Source: an uncultured Nitrososphaerales archaeon
GTDB lineage: Archaea > Thermoproteota > Nitrososphaeria > Nitrososphaerales > Nitrososphaeraceae
Length of the DNA: 64,000 nucleotides
Direction of reading: 5' to 3'
NCBI GenBank assembly: GCA_963841565.1
Contig: CAWJCY010000013.1
Coordinates: forward strand, 56,589 to 120,588
Below are positions 11,237 to 22,511 of this stretch, piece by piece. The notes under the pieces were generated by a model that ran no database searches, was not told the origin of the DNA, and worked only from the letters and a program-made list of their open reading frames with translations. Numbering within the stretch: the first letter of the stretch is position 1; every line of letters begins with the position of its first letter. The translations under genes and the position numbers were made by a program.

Positions 11237-11998
11237 ATGATTCAAACTTCTTTCTTTGTCGGCCTCTTCGTTCTTGGTATATCGACTTTGTTGTTAACGT
11301 TTTCATTCACTCTCGCACAATCCTTTAGTCCTTTATTTCTAAATGAGTCACTAGCACTGCAAGATGGAGGATCATTATATTCTGGAAGTCAAAACGAGGG
11401 GCTAGAAGATCAACAGGGACCTGTTGTAGGCGTCTCTTCTGTGCAGTGTCCTCCGAACCAACATAACGTAGGATCCACCATTCAATGTGAATGGGACAAC
11501 TGTGGATCGGCAACACCACCTATGTATCGGAATACTCAGACCGGAAGATGTGTCACTGATTGTAGTGAAGTCGGTCAGTTCTGGGTGAAGCAAGGCAATA
11601 TATGCGTACTTAGCGAGGCGAGTAACACGACCTCAACTCAAAGCCCTTCAGCTGCTAGCTCTGTCTCTAACCGAGAGGGGAATGGAAGTGGAACAATGGA
11701 ATTTGGAAATGGAACAATTCAAACTGGAGCTAGTAGTGAGCGTCTTTCAGACAACGCTTCGAAGAGCAGCATAACTTCCAACCTATCGTCATCACCTTCA
11801 ACTATTTCGCAATCAATCGCTAGTCTAGCCGGTGAACCTGCATTACCTTATGCTTGTTTCTCAAACTCATTTACGTGTTATTGTGATGGGACTGAGGACT
11901 GCAAGCAGCTAACTTCATCGGGAGAGTGTAAGGCTGAGGTTAAAACTGTCGAGGGTAAGCCAGGATTAGGTGAGTGTGATTGGAATACAAAATCTTGA
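11237..11998 (+). CDS. Secreted Cys-rich protein (two 6-Cys domains joined by a Ser-rich linker)
   Basis: Signal peptide ending TLA-Q; two clusters of 6 Cys. Confidence 0.8.
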   Translation: MIQTSFFVGLFVLGISTLLLTFSFTLAQSFSPLFLNESLALQDGGSLYSGSQNEGLEDQQGPVVGVSSVQCPPNQHNVGSTIQCEWDNCGSATPPMYRNTQTGRCVTDCSEVGQFWVKQGNICVLSEASNTTSTQSPSAASSVSNREGNGSGTMEFGNGTIQTGASSERLSDNASKSSITSNLSSSPSTISQSIASLAGEPALPYACFSNSFTCYCDGTEDCKQLTSSGECKAEVKTVEGKPGLGECDWNTKS

Positions 11999-12392
11999 CT
12001 ACTTATTCAATGCTTTGCAACTCATGATAGTTTGTTTGTATTTGTCGATCAAGTTTAAGATTCGTGAAAGCAGTAACATCTGACCAGTTTTTATAGAATT
12101 GTCCTTACTGAAGTAATGATACGAGATCCGCCATTTAAATAGACAAGGAACTCGCTTTTTTTTACAGTGACAATTGAATTTGGGAATTCAACGTCTTATT
12201 CTGCTATTGCGAATTTTGGAAAGATTTCAGGATTTAGTCCTATTAATTTGGCGTCAATACTATACTACCAATCGCTTACATGAGGTTCGACAATTACGTA
12301 TGACTCTCATAAGGGATGACGAAGGATTGTTAAGTGAAGATGACTAACCGTCACTGATTGAATCTAGTGTTTAATTGAATGGTTAGTACAGC

Positions 12393-12898
12393 ATGAAAAA
12401 TGCAGTTTTCCAGGCGTAGCCTATTTTTTGGAATTATTGTTGTAATCACGATAGCCTTTCCGATCATATATCAGCAAAAACAATATCATGGATTGAATCG
12501 AGAAAGCCGACCTTGCTCTTGCAATAGCCTTGGGGCTGTCACTTTATGCAGAAATTCTTTGGCCAATTCATGAAATAGTGCTACTATTAGTCGTGCCATC
12601 GGTTCAGTCATTGGCAGATGCGTTGTCTCTATCCGCCTATGCTCCACTAGGATACTACGTCTTTTCAACATACCTTCGCTATTACATGCAATTTCATTTT
12701 AGTCATCTACTTATGATTGCTGCTATAATTGCAAGTGCGATATTCATACTTCTCTTAACAGAATGGGAGATAGGGCTGAGGGTGACAGATTACTGGCACG
12801 TAACAGCCACGGCCGTTGAAGGTAAAATGCCAACCTTTTCTTGGAATAATACGACGGAGGAAGACGGATTTTCGGGTTGTAGTGAAAATCAGCTTTAG
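12393..12898 (+). pseudogene. Decayed multi-TM membrane domain (sensor-kinase-type N-terminal TM region)
   Basis: Hydrophobic segments spread across frames with a stop; AEILW...PS..SLAD...SAY..LGY pattern. Confidence 0.35.
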
Positions 12899-13334
12899 CT
12901 TCATGAGACTTCAAATGAAATGGGAAGTACGGTTGAGTGGGCTATCGAATATGATACTAAACTACCACATTCCAAAGTCGGCTTCGGGATTCCAAATAAA
13001 TCACAGATGTATCATTAATTTCTTTAAGTATTGTACTACCAATATCAACAGGTGCGTCGGCGGCGGTTCAAATAAAACAATAACGTTAGGGCATGATCGA
13101 CAGCGGCAAAGAACTAGTAGGCAGAAAATCTCGACGAGCCAACCAACAGCCACATCAATATTCCATTAATATCTCGCTAATTCTCAAGAAAAATAAAGAA
13201 AAAACCTGAATCGATCTTGTACCCGAATGGCTCCTAATATTTCAACGCCAATTTCATTCTACATCTTAGCTTCAAATTGCTCAGTATCTATCTATTTCTC
13301 AACAGGGGATTGTTGTCAACTAGTTCATAATACT

Positions 13335-15051
13335 TTATTTGCCGAATAACTGATCACATAGTTCCTTACTAGCACCTTCGACACATTGATTGTACATGTC
13401 ACCGAAGAGATCACCGCTGAAGGGATCTTTCTGTGAAAACGGTAATTGTGGCAGCTGTTCAAGAGGTCCCTGTTCCCGAAGTGTCTGTTCACTTTGAAGT
13501 TTCCCCAATTTCAATGGAACGGTGATTTCTTGACCGTCTCTGATTAGCCGAATTTGTACGTTATCCCCAACTTTTTTAGTGTCCAAGTAAGACTGGATAT
13601 CCTGGATTGTGTTAACATCCATTTCGTCTATCCCGACAACAATATCTCCCCCAAGTTTAATGTCACTACCGTTAATGTTGGCAACTTTGTATCCACCTCT
13701 AATCCCAGCCAAATCAGCCGGTCCACCAGAAATTATATCTTCTATGAGGAAGCCCATTTGGGATTGTGTAAGATTCATTCTTTCGGCCAATTCCGGTGTC
13801 ATATTAATGCCGTTTATTCCCAAAGCAGGTCTCTCTGGTTGCTGTACTGGTCCTCGGTTTGGTTGGGACATGTCTTCACCTCCCTGATTTGGTCTAGCAG
13901 CAAGTATCAAATCGATATGTTCGGTCTTTCCGTCTCTAACAACTGATAACTCAATACTGTCACCAACTGCCTTTTGTTCTTCCAAGTAAGAAAGGAGGTC
14001 TTCCATGGCTCTAACACTTTGGTTGTCGATTGCAACAATTAAATCCCCTCCTAGTCTTATATCCTGTCCATCCACAGATGTAAGCACATCTCCTCCTCGT
14101 ATTCCGGCTTTGTCAGCAGGACTATCAGCTGTTATATCTACAACAAGAATTCCCTTTGTATCATTCAAATGCGATGCATTTGAGATTTCAGGGGATAGTG
14201 TGATTCCGGAGATACCCATGTAAGGATGCTGGTAAGAACCGTTTTTCAATAGGGATGATACTACTTTTTGAACCATACTTGACGGGATTGCAAATCCCAC
14301 TCCTGAGTAAACTCCCGTATTTGAGAAAATCGCCGTGTTCATACCCACCATTTCTCCCTTAGAATTGAGCAATGGTCCACCTGAATTACCTGGATTTATT
14401 GCTGCATCAGTCTGAATTATGTTCGATATTGAATATCCGGTGATGTCATTGGGCAAGACTCGTCCCATCTGGCTTATGACCCCGGAAGTCAAGGTCCCAC
14501 TGAGACCGAATGGATTGCCAATTGCAATAACTTGCTCTCCCACCTGTAAGGCTGATGAATTTGCAGCTTTTAGCGGCGGAATCCGTTTTTGAAAGCCATC
14601 ATCAGTTATTTCTAAAACGGCAATATCCGAATAAGGATCTTTTCCAATTACTTTAGCAGTATAGGAATCCCCATCTACAAACGTAACTTCAACACTATTA
14701 GGATCAGAAATCACATGATAGTTGGTGATGATGTGTCCGTCCTGATCATATACAAACCCTGAACCTAGAGCGACATCATCATGAGGGATCAGTTCCCCAT
14801 TTCTTATTACAAGACTATTATTAACAGGACTAGTACCTAGTTACTTGTACAACAGAATTTTCGGTCTTGTTAAAGATTTCTGGCATTGTTAATGCCTCTG
14901 AAGTTGAGCTTGATGACGATAACGAATTAGTGCTAACATTGTTACTCGAGCTTTCATTAGCGTGTTGGGCCATTACTTCCGTTGAAGCTATCCCAAAAAA
15001 CAGAGTGGTCGCCAAAATGGCTATTATGGAGATCCAAAAATAATTGTGCAT
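13335..15051 (-). CDS. htrA: HtrA/DegP trypsin-like serine protease with two PDZ domains; single +1 frameshift at about 14836
   Basis: Signal peptide in 14830..15051; removing one G gives VTSTSPVNN...GSGFVYDQDGHIITNYHV; SDIAVL and AINPGNSGGPL catalytic motifs; two PDZ repeats. Confidence 0.9.
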
Positions 15052-15676
15052 GTGGGGTAGTAACGCATTCTGTTATTTATATGTTGACAATTATGTCATA
15101 AAACATGTGTCTGAATGTCAATTAATACATATATTCATTATATCCGTTTGAACATGAAAGGCTATTATTTTCGAACAACTTTGAAGTATGGATTGAGGTT
15201 GGATCCTGGATTGATTAATATCCTATTAGTTTAGGATAAATGTGAAGAAAGTCAGTCCTTGGCTTCATACATAAATTTTTTGTCAAGGTCATCAACCGTA
15301 AAATGAATGTCATTCTGAGATTATTAATTCTGATTATCTAATTAGATGTTAATTCTCATCCTTCTAAATCAATCTTTTCAGTTATTGACGAATACGGTTG
15401 AACCTAATGCATATCTATGAGAAAAGGTGCTTTCTATTTTGTACCAATTCTCTGTAAGGTAAATTTCTAATATTGAAAAGACTCGCATAGTTTGATGAAC
15501 TGGCAGCTGCCAGGATCTCTAGTATTGCTTTGATTTAAATTCTTGATATACTAGAGTCTCAGCCTTTAGTATAAAGGCGTCAGAACACTCGAGCAGCAAT
15601 CTGATGGCGGTCAACATATGAGTCAGAAATGAGCTGGTAGACGGAATTCAATTGAAACGGCACGCCGTGGAGTGTA

Positions 15677-17025
15677 TTACTTCATGGACTTATGCAACGT
15701 AATGACGAACACGACCATCACAATTACCACAAGCCAGCCTGAAAGGCCCACCGAAAGGTTCAATATTTTTAACGTAAGCAAAGATGTGAATTGGAAAACA
15801 AAGTTGGAAACCGAATTTTGTTGAGCAAGAATGACGTCCCCCAATGCGCGTAAACCTAACGATAAAACGATTAGTAATATTGGTATTTTATTGAGATTAG
15901 TAAATTGGACCGTTTTCCCGATGATTGGAGGAAGCATAAGGGGTAGATATAACGAAATAGTAATTCCGATAAACCCTATTGCAATTGTATGTATTGCGAT
16001 GTCGTATAAGGCAAATCGATATACTTCATAATCCTGTCCGTACGTAATACCAAGAAGTATTGCCACAAAAATACCCAACAGGAGCAGAAGAAATGATATC
16101 TTTATGTGTAGACCTGTAAGATTATACCTTACCTTTTTTTCTCCTTGGACAAGATTGATGATGTCCGAATTATCGAATCCACCAAATGCATAAATTGATA
16201 GTATAAAGGCAACAACAGACGCGAAAAAAAACATGTTAAAGACCAAATGAAGTTTCAATAATTCGGTATCAAAGAGTATAGAAAGTAAACCTGTGATAAC
16301 ACAGCTTGATATTAGGATAAGAGAGGAAAGACCTACGATACTTCGAGGTCTAATGAATCCAAGGAATGATGGAAGGGTCTTGTATTCAATTCCAAATATC
16401 ATGATTATAGGAAATAGTAACCACAATTCGATGTGACTTAAGGGGTAAGCAATTGTTAGTCTTGCCTTTGTGATATCTTTTTCCGAGTAAATAAGACCAG
16501 ACATCTGTGCAAGCTCGATCATATTCATGGTCAGCAATGTCGTGACAGATAACGCAATGAAATAGTCAGATAGTCTTAGCCGTTTCGGTCTTATCTTCAG
16601 CATCAAGAAATAATAGTTACAAAGATCGATATCCCAGCAACTCTCAGAGCGGTGATCACTAACATTATGAAAAAAAACTTGTCAGGCAGTATCGAAGGTT
16701 GCAACAGAGTTACTACTTGAGCGATTAGGGAGAAAAATACAAGGAGAAAAGAAAGATACGCATATTTTACAGATGGGAGTGAGACGTTTCTAAATCTAGG
16801 AACTATCATGTACCCAACACCCATTATGAGTAAAATCAGAAATCCGTCGATCTGAAGTATTCTGTGTTGTTGGAATAATTAACCAAACCAATTAGGCACG
16901 CCGATATCAAGTAGTGTCATCATCCATGCTGCTCCTATGAACGAACCTACAAACAGAATGATCACGGCTGAAACAATGAAAGGCTTACTCAAATAGCTGA
17001 TTTTGATGGTGTTGATGCTTGGCAA
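15677..17025 (-). pseudogene. Disrupted NnrS-like polytopic membrane protein
   Basis: TTG 17025 start, in-frame TAA at 16879-16881, second break at about 16606; HRILQIDGFLILLIMGVGYMIVPRF and AIHTIAIGFIG motifs. Confidence 0.6.
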
Positions 17026-17616
17026 AAACTATAGTACTTTTTTGTTGTTTTTAGGACTATTTAATATTACACGAACCTAAAGCAATCCGAAATACCAATA
17101 GGATTTATGGTCCAATGAGGGTAGGGCTCTAAATTTCTTGTGCCATCTGTTATTTCATAGGTGGGGAGTATAATCTGATTTATGTCTTTTAAGATGATAC
17201 TGTACAATAAGGACTACGCAACAAGTAACGGGATCTAAAATGTCCGGTGGTTTAATTCAAGCTGGAATCAGTTCTTGCGATCAAATGAGATGATTTCGTA
17301 ACAATTCGCCGAATTTGAGGATTGTTAAAGTTCGACCAAGAAAGCAAAAAGCAATTTTAGTTTGGATACTAACTAATTTCTTCATTTCTAAAGTCAACAC
17401 ACACATTTGTGCTTTTGAACCATCTGCCCCATTCCTCCTCCAGAAACCAACAGGCTTCCTATGTCTGCAGCCTTCCTCCAGATGTGCTTTCAGCAATAGA
17501 TGATTCCTCCCTCCAATCTAACGATTGTTCTTTTCTAGGTTGAGTAACAAGATACTGAGCATGAACGTGAACAAAAATCATTTATAATTTTGATTAAGGT
17601 CTACTTGACTATGACT

Positions 17617-17997
17617 CTAATCAGATATCTTACTGGTGATAGGTAGTTCTTGTTCCTCATCTAGTTCATTACCTTGTTTTGCCCGTTTTCGCCGCCTCTT
17701 CCTTACTTCATTGAGGACCTCGCGAATGGTTTCTTCCGAGACCTTAGCAATTTTTGCGTCACACTCTATCCCTTTTGCATCCAATACCTCTTCGGTGACA
17801 GAAATCATTTCCGTCTTGTTGACTTTTTCCTCCTGTGTTAACAGATTCAGACTCATAAACCGGAAGAATGCAAATTCACTCATTATCTTGTTTGACCCAA
17901 TAAAATATAGTGGGCTTCGATCTTTTATGGTTTTCTTGAAGAGTATTTCAATTATTTTGTACATATAGCCCATTACAAATCGGAGTCCTGGTCGCAA
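17617..17997 (-). CDS. Hypothetical protein (true start probably the internal MSEFAFF)
   Basis: Charged helical protein-like composition from MSEFAFFRFMSL onward. Confidence 0.55.
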   Translation of the reverse strand: MRPGLRFVMGYMYKIIEILFKKTIKDRSPLYFIGSNKIMSEFAFFRFMSLNLLTQEEKVNKTEMISVTEEVLDAKGIECDAKIAKVSEETIREVLNEVRKRRRKRAKQGNELDEEQELPITSKISD

Positions 17998-18122
17998 ATC
18001 AGACTAGTCTAAAACCAGGAGCTGTGAATTCTCTCCATATAAGAAAAAATTCTAAAGGTGAGAAAGGAATAGAATATCCGGTCTTAACCGGTCCCTCGCT
18101 AAATTTATCTCTATACTCGTAC

Positions 18123-18587
18123 TCAGGGCGTTATTGTTACTGGACTGGACATTTCTGCCTTTCCTTCGCCAATTTCGGCTGTTTTATCTCTAATAAAATC
18201 CCAAAAGTGCTTCTCGAACGCGTGTGCCCTATAAATTTCAGCCAGAGCAACCGGAATTGTAGCTAGTCCTGCTGTCGCGACTCCCCATATGGCTGTTGGC
18301 ACAATTATGTCTTTACCCCATGCGCCAGTTCTCAGAATTAGGTCGTAGTTACCCTTGGTTCCGCTTATCATTACTTCTACATCTCTTATATTACCCACAA
18401 CTATACTACCTTTGCTACCTTTATGCGCCTTCAAGTTCCAATAGCCGGAAGCAGTGGAAGCAGTGGAAGGTTCAGTCTCTTCATGAATAATATCTAGCTT
18501 TATTTCCTGCAAATGCTTCTTTATGAGTTCCCAAAGTCGTTCGACTTCTACGTTTTTCAAAGTTACGTGTTCTTGTCTCACAACCAC
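18123..18587 (-). CDS. Hypothetical protein with one hydrophobic hairpin
   Basis: 154-aa ORF, protein-like composition, TATA-like element upstream. Confidence 0.7.
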   Translation of the reverse strand: MVVRQEHVTLKNVEVERLWELIKKHLQEIKLDIIHEETEPSTASTASGYWNLKAHKGSKGSIVVGNIRDVEVMISGTKGNYDLILRTGAWGKDIIVPTAIWGVATAGLATIPVALAEIYRAHAFEKHFWDFIRDKTAEIGEGKAEMSSPVTITP

Positions 18588-18948
18588 CTCTCTCGAAAGT
18601 CCCTATTATACCTTTATGCAGTCCAGTTAAGCTCTAATATTTAAAAACTTATAGAACAAATCTTAAAAAATATCAATTAACTTTCAGATACTTCTTTTGG
18701 CCCTTGCAAATCAATTACCTTTCATGGGTCGCGTATATAGCAAAGTTGGATACCATGCCACTAAAGATTCTTTTTATCCTATCAAGTTGTGTGGTGTTCC
18801 AAAGTTAAGCCTCTCTTCCTTTTTCATTGGCAATATTCAAATGACGTCTGAAAGAGTCTCGTGCTGCGATCTCCGTTCTGAAGCCAGTTGTAGTACTACT
18901 TTACGTCCGTCCCCTATATAGAAAGTACCCACTGGTTCTGCTCCTTGC

Positions 18949-19006
18949 TCTTATTCTCTTTGAAGTTGGGTCTTGATTCTTATTCTCTTTGAAGTTGGGT
19001 CTTGAT
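18949..19006. repeat. 2 x 29-bp perfect tandem duplication
   Basis: tcttattctctttgaagttgggtcttgat repeated back to back. Confidence 0.95.
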
Positions 19007-19305
19007 CGATGTCTTAGGCTGACTTGGCAAATCATCTTGTTGTATTGCTCCTGATGGTTTTGGTAGGCAGTTAGCGCGAGCAAATGCATTTGGTCCTAAT
19101 ATACTGGCTAAATTACTTTCGCTAGTATACCTAGAGACGGACTTGATGTTGCCCTTGGAGTAGTCGCACCACCAAAATAAGTACTTTGATTGTGATAACC
19201 TACTTTTACACATTCTCCCAACTTTAGCAAAGTTTGCCATTTCCAAATCAAATACATTAAGAGAAGGCAAAGAATAAACAAATTTTTCTCCCGTGACACC
19301 ACAAT

Positions 19306-20006
19306 CTAAATGACTAATGGCGTGTAGTGCCAGTTGGATAAAAAAGTCGACTTGACATCCTTATTTCTTTTATGAGGTGTGGTGACTATCAATGCTACAC
19401 CCATAAGGATTACAATCATTGCGATTACAGTAGTGCTTGTAATTGATTCGTGAAGTAATAACCAACCTAGAATCACGGCGATAACAGGGCTAACATAAGC
19501 AAATGTGTTGGCTAACGATGGGGTGGTTTTCCTCAATAGCCAATAAAAATCAGTGAAGCCAACTACTGTGACTATAAGAATTAGATAAACCAAAGCAATT
19601 GAGGATTGCCATGATATATCAGATACCTCAAGGTTTCGATATTCGCCCAGGGAAAGTCTTATCGCAGTGAGCATTAACCCTCCAGTAATCATTATCATTC
19701 CGGAGGACGCAAGAACACTTACTGGCAATCTTGATTTCGTCGAGTAAAGAGAACCGAGGGCCCACTACACTGACTTATTATTAGAGCCGTCGTCCCCACA
19801 GGACTCAACTCTCCAGTACTTAGAGAAGGTGCAACAAGAAGCATCAAACCACCAAATCCGGTACAAAGCCCTATTATCATTCGTTTCGATAAACGCCTCT
19901 TGAAAATTAGAAGTGCAAGAATAGCAACCCATAACGGAACAGTCGAATTCAAAAGTCCGGTGATCCCTGATGGAAGATATTGAGCTCCCCATGTCAGAAT
20001 GCCCTG
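19306..20006 (-). pseudogene. EamA/DMT (YedA-like) transporter, 5'-truncated and frameshifted
   Basis: QGILTWGAQYLPSGITGLLNSTVPLW..., FAYVSPVIAVILGWLLLHE; frameshift between ORFs 19719..19952 and 19306..19728; N-terminal helices missing. Confidence 0.8.
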
Positions 20007-20103
20007 TAGGGACGGAAGTCCTACTTCTTCCTGTCAATAGAATACATATACCTCATGATCAGATCAATAACAATAATAGTATTGAAGTATTCCTACTATT
20101 AGA

Positions 20104-20466
20104 TTGATAGTAAGACTAGATCTTTCTAGAGTCCCTAGCACCTTGAAATCTGTTATTATCGATCGATTAAAATTTACAGAACAAAAACAACCGGAATCAA
20201 ATCAACCGGATATAGTAATTATGCAAGGTGAAAGTGAAAGTGAAAATGGCATCAATGATGTAAAAAGAAAAATAAAGGATATCTTGATTCAAATTAAGAT
20301 TCGCGACTTTGTAACAATCACGGATCCGGTAGACCACCACAAGATCCTGATAGTTGGAAAGAAGGATGCAGAAAGACTAGACTCATTTCATTGCAATCAT
20401 TGTGGGATGGAATTCATTGACGAAATTCAACTGGGAATTCATCAGAGGCTCCATTTCCCTTTTTAA
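20104..20466 (+). CDS. Protein with C-terminal C2H2-type zinc finger
   Basis: CNHCGMEF...LGIHQRLH. Confidence 0.8.
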   Translation: MIVRLDLSRVPSTLKSVIIDRLKFTEQKQPESNQPDIVIMQGESESENGINDVKRKIKDILIQIKIRDFVTITDPVDHHKILIVGKKDAERLDSFHCNHCGMEFIDEIQLGIHQRLHFPF

Positions 20467-20705
20467 ATTTCCCTCGTGACGTGTTCATACTAAGTTTCAT
20501 TATCAGATTTTGTTTGTGAGATCGTATTGAATACTTTCTCTTTTCTCGCCTGATATTGGGGAAAGTAATTCTCAACTATCTGCTAGGATGACATTAAATT
20601 GACATGGGTAGTATCCTCTTGTAGATTTCATAGCAGGTTTTATTCATTTACCAGTAGTGAATTAGTCTCTATGTGAGATTCCTATCTTTAAGATCTTCCG
20701 CCTAT

Positions 20706-21080
20706 TCAATTCGCCCCAGACAAGATAATATTGCTAGAGTTTTGATATTGTTCTAAAAATGTTCTCATTGTGTTAATGTAACCTTCCATAAAGTCATTGC
20801 ATGCCGTTATGCCCTCTAAATCATAGTTCAATGCTTTGCTTGAGCATGTATTTAGTATAGTGTTTAACACCTGTTCAATATTCATGTCTTGATTTGACAG
20901 TCTGTCTGCTCTTTCTAGTTGTATATCAATCTGGGCCACATCCTCTGAGGTCATATTTTTAGGATTTCCTAAGTCAAAGTCATAGAGCTTACCGAGACTC
21001 GGAGAAAATACAAATAAACCAAATATCAAGGCTACAGCAAGCATAACGATCCCAGCAACTAATGTCAGTTTTTTCTTCAT
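20706..21080 (-). CDS. Membrane-anchored/secreted hypothetical protein
   Basis: MKKK plus hydrophobic helix; Cys pair. Confidence 0.7.
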   Translation of the reverse strand: MKKKLTLVAGIVMLAVALIFGLFVFSPSLGKLYDFDLGNPKNMTSEDVAQIDIQLERADRLSNQDMNIEQVLNTILNTCSSKALNYDLEGITACNDFMEGYINTMRTFLEQYQNSSNIILSGAN

Positions 21081-22063
21081 TATCGTTTAGCTCCTTCTGC
21101 ATTCTATTGTATATTTTAAGATATCTATACCTCGGTTTAGTGGTACGGTATTCCATACTATCTCAGTCATATTTCAAACTCTAAAGTCCTCGAAGGTCTT
21201 TAGCGTGCTCATTCAGTTGTCTTCAACTTACATTCGCAGCTTACATTACCTTAGTCTGAGTAACACCAATTAATGATCCAAATCACATTCTGCTCGCACA
21301 TAAGGACTTTTATGATCCTAAATCAAAACTCCTGCTTAACATGAATAGAAATAATTATCTGAATTATGTTTTCTTTCACTCTAGACACATCTTCGATGGG
21401 AACATTGGGTGCAATATCGATATTTACGTGGGTATTTTTCATTCAAGATCAGTAAAATCAGCACTTTGTGAATGGGAATTCGTTCTACTTAATAATGAAT
21501 TTACTTGGCCTTGTAGTGACATGGTAATGCTTTGTCCACGGCTTTTGCAGCCTATTTTCGTCGATAAATCTCTCTGGTAACAGCACAGAAATCAAAAATT
21601 TCCCTCAGTGGGATGATTCCATAATTATCAGGGCTTGCAACTAGTGTCTTCAACCTGAATGCAACATACTCTATGAATCAGTCGTAGCGCATTTTAATCA
21701 ATTACCACAAAGGTGTTCTATTAGTATCCAGTTTCTTGTCATAGAGCGAAACCTGATAAGTTGCTCAATGTGTAGTTAAATTATTCATCTGTTAACGTTA
21801 TTTCATATTATGTGTTTAAATTTTTCAATAATGAATACTGATGGAATTTAGCTGATGTGCAAACTAATCTTTCGTAAAGGCTGATGAAAATATATTACTC
21901 AAGAAGAATAGAGAGGAAGATAACGATAAGGTAGAAGAATCAGGGGAAGATGATTAGAGGAATAAGTGATGTAATATCGTTGCAGAAAGGTTAAGAATAC
22001 CGAGTGCTACCATAATACCACTTCATTCACATCTGTCTGCATACATGAAGATTTCACAAAAAA

Positions 22064-22102
22064 TGGTGTGCTTATGGAGCCACATGGCTCCATAGCACAC
22101 CA
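22064..22102. repeat. Near-perfect 18-bp inverted repeat (hairpin/cruciform)
   Basis: TGGTGTGC(T)TATGGAGCCA-CA-TGGCTCCATAGCACACCA. Confidence 0.9.
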
Positions 22103-22369
22103 ACGACAGAAGGTAACGCAATCCATACACCTTTGACACACACACTTTCAATTTGTCTGCAAAGATACCCTTTGTGGTCGATTTACAATTGTTTGAGAAC
22201 CGGTGCCAATACAGCCTGGATTAACCTTATCTTTAGTCTTCTCTGCAGATTGTGACTCGAAGGCCCCGATCACCCGGTTTTTGAACATATACGTTTGCTA
22301 ACACGTGTTCGGTATCGCCTTCTTCCTAGACGTCGAAGTAAGTTGCCACTTTTTTGTTCTTAGCTCAGA

Positions 22370-22416
22370 AGTAACAAAGTCTTGAATGTGAAAGTGTTAA
22401 GATATCACTAGTGATA
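22370..22416 (+). repeat. Dispersed motif copy A
   Basis: AGTAACAAAGT-cttgaatGTGAAAGTg-TTAAgATATCACTAGTGA; matches copies at 43913 and 44689. Confidence 0.8.
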
Positions 22417-22511
22417 GTTTTGTAAAATGGTTAGGTTGGCAATTAGTGTAGTCATATTAGTAACTTAACCATTATTAGTCTAACTCGGTCCTGAATGGAT
22501 AGCATAAGGAT

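Noticed and set aside
17542-17585. GAGTAACAAG...CGTGAAC..AAAATCA as a further motif copy
   Set aside because: It lacks the conserved TTAA and ATCACTAG half.
18949-19006. Possible mini-CRISPR (29-bp repeat)
   Set aside because: The units are contiguous with no spacer and there are only two copies.
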